The notes under the pieces: generated by a model
Told to the model about the DNA's origin: nothing
What the model saw: only the letters and a program-made list of their open reading frames with translations
Databases searched by the model: none
Source of the DNA: an uncultured Microthrixaceae bacterium
Lineage (GTDB): Bacteria > Actinomycetota > Acidimicrobiia > Acidimicrobiales > Microtrichaceae
Length of the DNA stretch: 64,000 bases
Assembly (NCBI GenBank): GCA_965651815.1
Contig: CBFGTJ010000001.1
Location: forward strand, 14,036 to 78,035
Direction of reading: 5' to 3'
Position numbers and translations under genes: made by a program
Shown: one piece after another, positions 15,547 to 23,437 of the stretch
Layout of the letters: each line of letters begins with the position of its first letter
Numbering within the stretch: the stretch's first letter is position 1

Positions 15547-16281
15547 ATGGGACTGCCCACCCACCTCCGGCTCCTCGACCCGCTCGGTGGTGGCACCGGT
15601 GGGACCGTGTGGCGCGCCCGTGACACACGCCGCGGCCGCGACGTGGCGGTGAAGCTGCTCGACGGGGACGGGGCCGCCGAGGTGCTCGAGCACGAGGCCC
15701 GGGCGCACGCCCGCCTGCGCGGGGTGGAGGGCGTGCTCGCGCTGCACGAGTGCGGGCTCACCGCCCGCGGGGTCGCCTGGCTCGCCACCGACCTCGCGGA
15801 GGGGTCGCTCGCCGAGCGCCTGCGCGGCGCACCGCTCGGCGACGACGCGGCACGGGTGCTGTGCGCGCAGCTCGCCGGGACGCTCGCGGAGGTGCACCGG
15901 CTCGGCGTCGCCCACGGCGACCTCACCCCGGCCAACGTCCTGTTCGGCCCGGACGGCCGGGCGCTGCTCGCGGACTTCGGGCTCGCGTCCCTCGACGGCG
16001 AGCCCGGCCGCGGTGGATGCACCCCCGCCTACGCGGCGCCCGAACGGCTCCGTGGCGCGCCGCCCTCGCCCGCGTCGGACGTGTACTCGCTCGCGGCGAC
16101 CGTCGTGGCCGCGGCGCACGGGCGTCCGCCGGGTCGGTCGGCGCCCGACGGCCTCCCCGGGTGGCTGCTGCAGTGCCTCGACCCCCGCCCGTCGCGCCGC
16201 CCCGACGCCGCACGGGTGGCGGCCGCCGCGGGTGCCCACGGCCGCCGGCGAGGGGTCCGCAGGCGTCGCGCCGACCGGTAG
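15547..16281 (+). CDS. stand-alone minimal Hanks-type kinase domain with atypical catalytic loop (HGDLTPAN)
   Basis: About 244 aa. Motifs present are GGGTGGTVW, VAVK, HGDLTPANVLF, DFG, AAPE and DVYSLA. There is no TM segment or sensor domain. The start could also be GTG 15541. Confidence 0.65.
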   Translation: MGLPTHLRLLDPLGGGTGGTVWRARDTRRGRDVAVKLLDGDGAAEVLEHEARAHARLRGVEGVLALHECGLTARGVAWLATDLAEGSLAERLRGAPLGDDAARVLCAQLAGTLAEVHRLGVAHGDLTPANVLFGPDGRALLADFGLASLDGEPGRGGCTPAYAAPERLRGAPPSPASDVYSLAATVVAAAHGRPPGRSAPDGLPGWLLQCLDPRPSRRPDAARVAAAAGAHGRRRGVRRRRADR

Positions 16282-16284
16282 GGT
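16279..16284 (+). promoter_or_regulatory. -10-like hexamer TAGGGT positioned for leaderless enoyl-CoA hydratase gene
   Basis: It lies 8 nt upstream of ATG 16293 and overlaps the kinase-like gene's stop codon. Confidence 0.35.
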
Positions 16285-16292
16285 CGGCACCC

Positions 16293-17120
16293 ATGTCGGA
16301 CACTCCTGAAGCAGCGACCTCGGACACCCTCGTGACGGTGGAGCACCGCGACGACGGCGTCGCGGTCGTCACGCTGTCGCACGGAAAGGTCAACGCCCTG
16401 TGCGTCGCGCTCTTGGACCAGCTCCATGACATCGCGCAGGACCTCACGCGCCACGCACCCCGGGCGGTGGTCGTCACGGGCGGCCCCAAGGTGTTCGCCG
16501 CCGGCGCGGACATCACCGAGTTCGCCGAGCGCGGCGGCGCCGAGCCGTTCGCGCTCGCACCGCCCGACCGCGTCGGTGAGATCGGCGGCGCGTTCCTCCG
16601 CGCGCTCAACGCCGTCGCGGCCCTGCCGTGCCCGACGGTGGCCGCGGTCGCGGGCGTCGCGCTCGGCGGCGGCTGCGAGCTGGCGCTCGCCTGCGACTTC
16701 CGGATCGCGGGGCAGGGGAGCCGCTTCGGCCAGCCCGAGATCCTGCTGGGGATCATCCCCGGCGGGGGCGGGACGCAGCGGCTCGCGCGGCTCGTCGGCC
16801 CGGCACGGGCGAAGGACCTCGTCTTCACCGGCCGCATGGTCGACTCCGCCGAGGCCCTCGAGATCGGGCTGGTGGACCGCGTGGTCGAGGACGACAAGGT
16901 GGTCGAGGCGGCGATCGCGCAGGCCGCGGCGCTCGCGAAGGGGCCGCGCCACGCGCTCGCGCTCGCGAAGTCGGCGATCGACGAGGGACTGGAGGTGTCG
17001 CTGGAGCAGGGGCTCCTGCTCGAGCAGGAGCGCTTCGTCCAGTCGTTCACCACGCCCGACGCCGCGGTCGGCGTGCGCTCGTTCCTCGCCGAGGGGCCCG
17101 GCAAGGCCAAGTTCGACTGA
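16293..17120 (+). CDS. enoyl-CoA hydratase/isomerase (crotonase) family protein
   Basis: 275 aa with VVVTGGPKVFAAGADI, GGGCELALACDFRIA and PEILLGIIPGGGGTQRL. Confidence 0.9.
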   Translation: MSDTPEAATSDTLVTVEHRDDGVAVVTLSHGKVNALCVALLDQLHDIAQDLTRHAPRAVVVTGGPKVFAAGADITEFAERGGAEPFALAPPDRVGEIGGAFLRALNAVAALPCPTVAAVAGVALGGGCELALACDFRIAGQGSRFGQPEILLGIIPGGGGTQRLARLVGPARAKDLVFTGRMVDSAEALEIGLVDRVVEDDKVVEAAIAQAAALAKGPRHALALAKSAIDEGLEVSLEQGLLLEQERFVQSFTTPDAAVGVRSFLAEGPGKAKFD

Positions 17121-17134
17121 CCGGGCTCGACTGA

Positions 17135-19717
17135 CTACGACGCCCCCGCCCAGGCGACCAGGCCGAACTCGACCGGGTCGTCGACGAGCGGGTGGTGGGG
17201 GACGACCCGGACCGTGACGCCCATGCGGCCCGCGCGGTCGAGCGGAGCCTGCGCGACGAACCGTCGGTGGCCGTCCTCGAGCGGACCGGCGTCCTCCATG
17301 GGCACGAGGGTCGTGTCCTCGAGCTCGCCGGACTGGCCGACGTGGCCGACCACGAGCTGCACCTGCACGTCCTCGACGGCGAGGTCCCCGAGCGACACCT
17401 TCGCCTCGACGGTCCGCTGGGTGCCCAGGTCGGCCACCGCCTCGTCGGCGAGGACCTCGTCGACGTGCACGCGGTGCCACTGGCCCGCGACCCGCTCCCG
17501 GTACGCGGCGAGCGAGCGCGCCCCGGCGTAGCCGTCGCGGCCCAGGTCGAGGGCCCTCGCCGCCGCCGGCAGGTACAGCTCGTGGACGTAGTCGCGGACC
17601 ATCCGGTGCGCACCCACGAACGGGCCGAGCGTCCGGAGGCTCTCACGCACCCTGGCGAGCCAGCCCTGGGGGAGCGAGCCCGGGTCCGAGCCGCGGTCGT
17701 GGTACAGCGGCACGACCTGGGTCTCGAGCAGCTCGAAGAGGCTGTTGGCCTCGATCTCGGTGCGGCGGTGCTCGTCGAGGATCGACTCCGCGGACGAGAT
17801 CGCCCACCCGTTCGCGCGGCCCGACCCGTTCGCCCCCGACACGAAGCACTCCGCCCACCAGCCGTCGAGCACCGAGCAGTGCAGGCCGCCGTTGAGCACC
17901 GCCTTCATGCCGCTCGTGCCGGACGCCTCCATCGGGCGCACCGGCGTGTTGAGCCAGACGTCCGCGCCCTGCACCAGCGAGCGTGCGAGCGCCATGTCGT
18001 AGTCCTCGACGAACACGAACCGCTCGCGCACCGCCGGATCGTGGGAGAAGGCGACGACCTGGCGGATCAGCTCCTTGCCCTGGTCGTCCGCGGGGTGGGC
18101 CTTGCCGGCGAAGACGAACTGCACGGGCCGTTCGTCGTCGCCGAGCAGCGCGTGCAGCCGGTCGGGCTGGCTGAGCAGCAGCGCGGCCCGCTTGTAGGTC
18201 GCCATCCGGCGAGCGAAGCAGATCGTGAGCGCGTCGGGGTCCAGCGCCCCGTCGACCCACTCGAGCTCCGACTCGGAGCGGCCCTGCGCGAGGCCGTGGT
18301 GGCGCAACCGCTCCCGGACGTGCTCGACCATCCGGACCTTCGCCGCCCGGTGCGCCTCCCAGTAGCGCTCGCCGTCGAGGTCGAGCACCGCGTCCCAGGC
18401 GTCGTGACCCGCCCACTGCCAGTCCTCGCCGACCGTGGTCGACAGCAGCGCGTCCATCTCGGGTGAGATCCAGGTCGACCCGTGCACGCCGTTGGTGATC
18501 GAACCGATCGGTGTCTCGGAGCGGGGGACGCCCGGCCAGAGGTCGGCGAACATGTCGCGGCTCACCTCGCCGTGCAGCGCGGACACGCCGTTGCGCCGCT
18601 CCGCCAGGCGCATGCCCATCACCGCCATGTTGAACGGCTCCTCGGCCGGTTCGCCCGGCCGGTGGCCCAGCGCCATGAGGTCGTCGATGGTGATGCCGCA
18701 GTCCGCCGCCCACGACGAGAAGTAGCGCTCCATGAGCTCGCGGGGGAACCGGTCGATGCCGGCCGGGACGGGGGTGTGGGTGGTGAACACCGCGCCGGCG
18801 CGCACGGCCTCGAGCGCCTCCGCGAAGCTGAGGCCGTCCCGCTGCATGTGGCGACGGATCCGCTCCAGGCCGAGGAACCCGGCGTGGCCCTCGTTGGTGT
18901 GGAACACCTGCACCGGGATCTCGAGCGCCTCCAGGGCGCGCACCCCGCCGATGCCGAGGAGGATCTCCTGGCGGAGCCGGTGCTCGACGTCGCCGCCGTA
19001 CAACCGGTCCGTCACGAGCTGCAGGTGCTGCGGGTTCTCGGGGATGTCGGCGTCGAGCAGGTACAGGGGCGTGCGCCCCACCGTCGCCCGCCACACCTGC
19101 GCGACCAGCGTCTCGTCGCCGAGCTGCAGGCTGACCCGCACCCCGTCGCACAGCTCGAGCGCCATGGCGTACGGGTCGAGGTCGGGGAACCGCTCCTGCT
19201 GCCACCCGTCGACGGTGAGCGACTGGCGGAAGTAGCCGTGCCGGTAGAACAGCCCGATGGCGACGAGCGGCACGCCGAGGTCGGACGCCGACTTGAGGTG
19301 GTCGCCGGCGAGCACGCCGAGGCCACCCGAGTACTGGGGCACGGCCTCGGAGATGCCGAACTCCGGGGAGAAGTAGGCGACGACGCCCTCCATCGCGCTC
19401 GCGGCACCGTCGGCGTCGGCGAGCCTCTGGAACCAGCGCGGCTGTCCGAGGTACTCGTCGAGCGACGCCGCCGCCGCGGCGACGCGCTCGCGGAAGGTCG
19501 GGTCCTCGGCGAGCTCGGCCAGTCGCTCCGGTGGCACCTCCGCGAGGACCTTGTTCGGGTCGTGGTCGCCCTCGTCCCAGATGCGCGGGTCGATCGCGGC
19601 GAACAGCTCCCGGGTCGGCCGGTCCCACGACCAGCGGAGGTTGTTGGCGAGCCGTTCCAGGTCGGCCAGCGGAGCCGGCACGTTGGGGCGGACGGTGAAG
19701 CTGCGCTGTGCCTTCAT
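17135..19717 (-). CDS. glgP: alpha-glucan (maltodextrin/glycogen) phosphorylase, actinobacterial long type
   Basis: 860 aa from ATG 19717 (MKAQRSFTVRPNVP...). It has EASGTSGMKAVLNGG (the PLP lysine region) and TNGVHGSTW. The longer ORF reaching 20050 is rejected. Confidence 0.9.
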   Translation of the reverse strand: MKAQRSFTVRPNVPAPLADLERLANNLRWSWDRPTRELFAAIDPRIWDEGDHDPNKVLAEVPPERLAELAEDPTFRERVAAAAASLDEYLGQPRWFQRLADADGAASAMEGVVAYFSPEFGISEAVPQYSGGLGVLAGDHLKSASDLGVPLVAIGLFYRHGYFRQSLTVDGWQQERFPDLDPYAMALELCDGVRVSLQLGDETLVAQVWRATVGRTPLYLLDADIPENPQHLQLVTDRLYGGDVEHRLRQEILLGIGGVRALEALEIPVQVFHTNEGHAGFLGLERIRRHMQRDGLSFAEALEAVRAGAVFTTHTPVPAGIDRFPRELMERYFSSWAADCGITIDDLMALGHRPGEPAEEPFNMAVMGMRLAERRNGVSALHGEVSRDMFADLWPGVPRSETPIGSITNGVHGSTWISPEMDALLSTTVGEDWQWAGHDAWDAVLDLDGERYWEAHRAAKVRMVEHVRERLRHHGLAQGRSESELEWVDGALDPDALTICFARRMATYKRAALLLSQPDRLHALLGDDERPVQFVFAGKAHPADDQGKELIRQVVAFSHDPAVRERFVFVEDYDMALARSLVQGADVWLNTPVRPMEASGTSGMKAVLNGGLHCSVLDGWWAECFVSGANGSGRANGWAISSAESILDEHRRTEIEANSLFELLETQVVPLYHDRGSDPGSLPQGWLARVRESLRTLGPFVGAHRMVRDYVHELYLPAAARALDLGRDGYAGARSLAAYRERVAGQWHRVHVDEVLADEAVADLGTQRTVEAKVSLGDLAVEDVQVQLVVGHVGQSGELEDTTLVPMEDAGPLEDGHRRFVAQAPLDRAGRMGVTVRVVPHHPLVDDPVEFGLVAWAGAS

Positions 19718-19724
19718 CAGGTGG

Positions 19725-19730
19725 AGGGTA
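19725..19730 (-). promoter_or_regulatory. -10-like hexamer TACCCT (minus strand) positioned for leaderless glgP
   Basis: It lies 7 nt upstream of ATG 19717. Confidence 0.35.
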
Positions 19731-19787
19731 CCCGTGCGCACCCCCGGCCAGACCGGGTGGCGGGGATCGCTCGGCCGGGGCGGCCGG

Positions 19788-19793
19788 TATCGT
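19788..19793 (+). promoter_or_regulatory. -10-like hexamer TATCGT positioned for leaderless TolB-like gene
   Basis: It lies 9 nt upstream of ATG 19803. Confidence 0.35.
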
Positions 19794-19802
19794 GAGCAGG
19801 TC

Positions 19803-21455
19803 ATGGCGTCCCTGGAGAGCACGCGGCCGCGCGCCCGGAGCGCCGGGGAGCCCGTCTCGGGCTGGGCGATCGCGGCGATCGTCTTCGCCGTCATGGCGGT
19901 CCTCTCGGCGTCCGCGGTCGTCGTGACGACGCTGTCGGACCGCACGCCCGACGGCGCCCCCGGCGAGGTGCTGCTCGACGAGCCGTCCGCTGCGCCCGAG
20001 CCCGGCGAATCCGCCGCGCCCGCCGAGGAGCCCGAGCCCGCGGTCCCCACGGGGTACGTGGCCTACGTGACCACCGACGGCCGCGTGCTGCTGGGCACCG
20101 GTGCGGAGGAGCCGGTCGAGCTCGCCGCGGACGCCGCGGTCGGCACCGCCCAGCTCGGGGCGGTCGCGGTCGCCCCCACCTCGGACCTGGTCGCGTACGT
20201 GCGCCGCGACGGGGCGCTCGTCGTGCTGCCCACCGGCGGCGGCCAGCCGGTCGTGCTCGCGACCGACGTCGCCCTGGAGGCGCTCGGCCGGGGGCCGATG
20301 CTCGCGTGGGACCCGACGGGATCCCAGATCGCGTACCTCGCGGAGGGCACCGAGGACATGGCACGCCCCCGCCCCGAGGACCCGCCGCCGCTCACCCAGG
20401 AGGGCGTGTTCCGGGTGCCGCTGCCCGAGGGCGTCGTCGGCGACGTCGTCAAGGTCGTCGACCGCACCGGCGCGCCGCTCACCCACATCGGCGACCCGAC
20501 GACCCGCTCCATGGTGGGGGTCGTCAGCTCGATGTCCGACGACCTGCTGATCCTCGAGTCCGTCGCCCCCGACACCGGCCGCCCCTACACGCTCGCGCTG
20601 GGCACGTCGGGCTCCTCCGAGGAGATCCCGACGCTCCTCTCCGCGGACGATCCGGCGTTCGCCCCCGACGGCAACTTCGTGGTCGCCGTCGGGCCCGACA
20701 AGGGCGGGCAGGAGCTCATCCGCATCGAGACCGACGAGCTGTCGCGCGCGACGCTCGTGTCCGCGGACCGGATCTGCAACCCGTCGATCTCGCCGGACAG
20801 CACCCGCATCGCGTACGGCACCGGCGAGGACTGCTCGCAGCTGCACCTCATCTCCGCGCGGGGCGGCGCCCCGGTCGACGTCACCCCCGAGTCGGGACCG
20901 GGGGAGCGCAGCTTCGAGTTCGGTGAGCTCGGCTGGACGCCCGAGGGGCGGTTCATCACCTTCGCCGACTGCAGGTCCACCGAGGGCCCGGTCCGCTGCG
21001 GTGGACGTGTGAGCTTCCTCGACCCCGACCGGCGCACCCTGGTCGAAGGCCCGGAGGCCTCGACCGTCGCGCCGGTCCGCCAGCCGCTGCTGCAGGACCT
21101 GCGCCTGGACGTGGCCATGGACGGGCCGATCGAGTACCTCGGGTCGTTCCCGATCGACCTGGAGGCGGAGGGCGACGTCCGGGAGATCGCCGAGGGCGCC
21201 GGACGCGCCGAGCTGGAGCTGGTCGACGGCGAGCGGTCGATCCGCCTCGAGCTGCAGGTCGAGGAGGGGATCAGGTTCGCGACCGGCCGGCTCACCCTCG
21301 TCGACCCGGAGCACGGGATCGACCGCACCTTCATGGTGCTGGGGTCGCCCTCGGTGATCGGCATCCGGGTCGTGTCGCTCTCGGGCACCTGGATCGACAC
21401 CACCGACCTCCCGATCGCATCAGGCAAGTTCCGACTGGCGGTGAGACGACGATGA
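19803..21455 (+). CDS. membrane-anchored TolB-like (PD40/WD40-like beta-propeller repeat) protein
   Basis: 550 aa. One N-terminal TM helix is followed by a Pro/Glu/Ala linker and repeated propeller-blade motifs (SDLVAYVRRDG, TGSQIAYLAEG, PDGNFVVAVGPD, SPDSTRIAYGTGED, WTPEGRFITFAD). The stop overlaps the glgE start (ATGA). Confidence 0.7.
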   Translation: MASLESTRPRARSAGEPVSGWAIAAIVFAVMAVLSASAVVVTTLSDRTPDGAPGEVLLDEPSAAPEPGESAAPAEEPEPAVPTGYVAYVTTDGRVLLGTGAEEPVELAADAAVGTAQLGAVAVAPTSDLVAYVRRDGALVVLPTGGGQPVVLATDVALEALGRGPMLAWDPTGSQIAYLAEGTEDMARPRPEDPPPLTQEGVFRVPLPEGVVGDVVKVVDRTGAPLTHIGDPTTRSMVGVVSSMSDDLLILESVAPDTGRPYTLALGTSGSSEEIPTLLSADDPAFAPDGNFVVAVGPDKGGQELIRIETDELSRATLVSADRICNPSISPDSTRIAYGTGEDCSQLHLISARGGAPVDVTPESGPGERSFEFGELGWTPEGRFITFADCRSTEGPVRCGGRVSFLDPDRRTLVEGPEASTVAPVRQPLLQDLRLDVAMDGPIEYLGSFPIDLEAEGDVREIAEGAGRAELELVDGERSIRLELQVEEGIRFATGRLTLVDPEHGIDRTFMVLGSPSVIGIRVVSLSGTWIDTTDLPIASGKFRLAVRRR

Positions 21456-23422
21456 CCGCGCCCCCTGCGGACCCCTACCGGACCTTCATCACCGACGTGC
21501 GGCCCCGCACCCCCAACGGGCGGGCGCCCAAGGCCGCCGTCGGCGACCCCGTGGAGGTGCGGGCGCACCTCGTGCGCGACGGCCACGGCATCCTCGCCGC
21601 CCAGCTGCGCTGGCGCCGCCTCGACGGCACCCGCTCGAAGTGGGCGGCGGTGCCGATGGTCGTCGACGACCACGGGCACGCCCGTGGGTGCTTCGAGCCC
21701 GAGGCCCCCGGCATGTACGAGTTCGAGGTCGACGCGTGGGAGGACCGGTTCGCCACGTGGCGGCGCGACCTGCGCCTCCGGGTGGCGGCGGGCGAGGACG
21801 TCGCGACGGAGCTGCTCGACGGGGCGGACCTGCTCGAGCGGATCCTGCCGGAGGTCCGCAAGGGCCGGCGGAGCCGCGTGCGCGACGCGATCGAGCAGCT
21901 GCGGGCGACCTCCTGCGGCGAGGGGGTCCGGGTGGCGGCCGGGCTCGACGACGCCGTCGCGGAGGTCGTGGTCGGCCTGCCCGATCCGGAGGACCGGACC
22001 ACGTCGGGGCCGCACCCCTTGCGCGTCGACCGGGAGCTCGCGGTGCGCGGCGCCTGGTACGAGCTGTTCCCACGCTCCGAGGGCGGCTTCGTCGAGGGCG
22101 CCCGGATCTGGGACCGCCTCGAGCGCATCGCCGAGGCCGGCTTCGACGTGCTGTACCTGCCCCCGATCCACCCGATCGGCGTGACCAACCGCAAGGGGCC
22201 GGGCAACACGCTCGTCGCGGGCCCCGACGACGTCGGCAGCCCGTGGGCGATCGGCGGACCCGACGGCGGGCACACCGACGTCGACCCGTCGCTCGGCACG
22301 CTCGAGGACGTGCGGCGCTTCATCCGGCGCGCCAACGAGCTCGGCGTCGAGGTCGCGCTCGACCACGCCCTGCAGTGCAGCCCCGACCACCCCTGGGTGC
22401 GCGACCACCCCGAGTGGTTCCAGGTGCGCTCCGACGGGAGCATCCGGTACGCGGAGAACCCGCCGAAGAAGTACCAGGACATCCACCCGATCAACTTCTG
22501 GCCACCGAAGGACTCCGATCGCGTCGCGCTGTGGAAGGCGTGCCGCGGGATCCTCGAGTTCTGGATCGAGCAGGGCATCCGGGTGTTCCGCGTCGACAAC
22601 CCGCACACCAAGCCGCTCGCGTACTGGGAGTGGGTGATCCGCGACATCCAGCGGCGCCACCCCGACGTCGTGTTCCTCGCCGAGGCGTTCACCGACCCGG
22701 CGATGATGCACGCGCTCGCGGAGATCGGCTTCAGCCAGTCCTACACGTACTTCACCTGGCGCACCTCGAAGTGGGAGCTGGTCGAGTACGGCGAGGAGCT
22801 CGCCCACGGTGAGGCCGCGGGGTGGTTCCGCCCCAACCTGTGGCCCAACACCCCCGACATCCTCTCCGGGCCGCTGCGCAACGGCAGCCCCGGCCAGTTC
22901 GCGATCCGGGCCGTGCTCGCCGCGACGATGGCGCCCAGCTGGGGCATCTACTCGGGCTACGAGCTGTGCGAGAACCAGCCCGCCTCCCCGGACAACGAGG
23001 AGTACCTGCACTCGGAGAAGTACGAGCTGAAGGTGCGGGACTGGTCCCCGACCGAGCAGCCCGGCTCGCTGTGGGCGCTCATCGCACGGCTGAACGAGAT
23101 CCGCCGCGCCCACCCCGCCATGTGGCGGATGTGGTCGCTGCGCTTCCACCACGTCGAGGACGACCGGCTCATCGCCTACAGCCACCGCCGCGACGACGAC
23201 GTCGTCATGGTCGTGGTGAACCTGGCGCCCGACGAGCTGGTCGAGTCCACGCTCCACGTCGACCCCGGGTCGCTCGGGCTGCCTCCCGAGGGTCCCTACC
23301 TCGCGCGCGACGAGCTCACCGGTGAGGAGTGGACCTGGGAGGGGCCGACCGCGTACGTGAAGCTCGGGCCCGACGAGCGGGTCGCCCACGTGCTGTCCCT
23401 CGTGCGCCACCACGGCCCGTAG
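21452..23422 (+). CDS. glgE: alpha-1,4-glucan:maltose-1-phosphate maltosyltransferase
   Basis: 656 aa with a DUF3416-like N-terminus and a GH13 core that includes the FRVDNPHTKP signature. Confidence 0.92.
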   Translation: MTAPPADPYRTFITDVRPRTPNGRAPKAAVGDPVEVRAHLVRDGHGILAAQLRWRRLDGTRSKWAAVPMVVDDHGHARGCFEPEAPGMYEFEVDAWEDRFATWRRDLRLRVAAGEDVATELLDGADLLERILPEVRKGRRSRVRDAIEQLRATSCGEGVRVAAGLDDAVAEVVVGLPDPEDRTTSGPHPLRVDRELAVRGAWYELFPRSEGGFVEGARIWDRLERIAEAGFDVLYLPPIHPIGVTNRKGPGNTLVAGPDDVGSPWAIGGPDGGHTDVDPSLGTLEDVRRFIRRANELGVEVALDHALQCSPDHPWVRDHPEWFQVRSDGSIRYAENPPKKYQDIHPINFWPPKDSDRVALWKACRGILEFWIEQGIRVFRVDNPHTKPLAYWEWVIRDIQRRHPDVVFLAEAFTDPAMMHALAEIGFSQSYTYFTWRTSKWELVEYGEELAHGEAAGWFRPNLWPNTPDILSGPLRNGSPGQFAIRAVLAATMAPSWGIYSGYELCENQPASPDNEEYLHSEKYELKVRDWSPTEQPGSLWALIARLNEIRRAHPAMWRMWSLRFHHVEDDRLIAYSHRRDDDVVMVVVNLAPDELVESTLHVDPGSLGLPPEGPYLARDELTGEEWTWEGPTAYVKLGPDERVAHVLSLVRHHGP

Positions 23423-23437
23423 GCCGGTGCGTGGTGG

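Noticed and set aside
17643-21314. 1223-aa minus-strand ORF. Similar giant ORFs occur at 6062-8062(-), 38186-41503(-), 58842-61739(-), 60737-63913(-), 3792-5585(-), 25866-27758(-) and 27328-29097(-).
   Set aside because: Their translations are Arg/Gly/Pro/Ala-rich and low in complexity, and they lie antisense to or out of frame with genes that have clear family motifs. These are the stop-codon-poor shadow frames typical of very GC-rich DNA.
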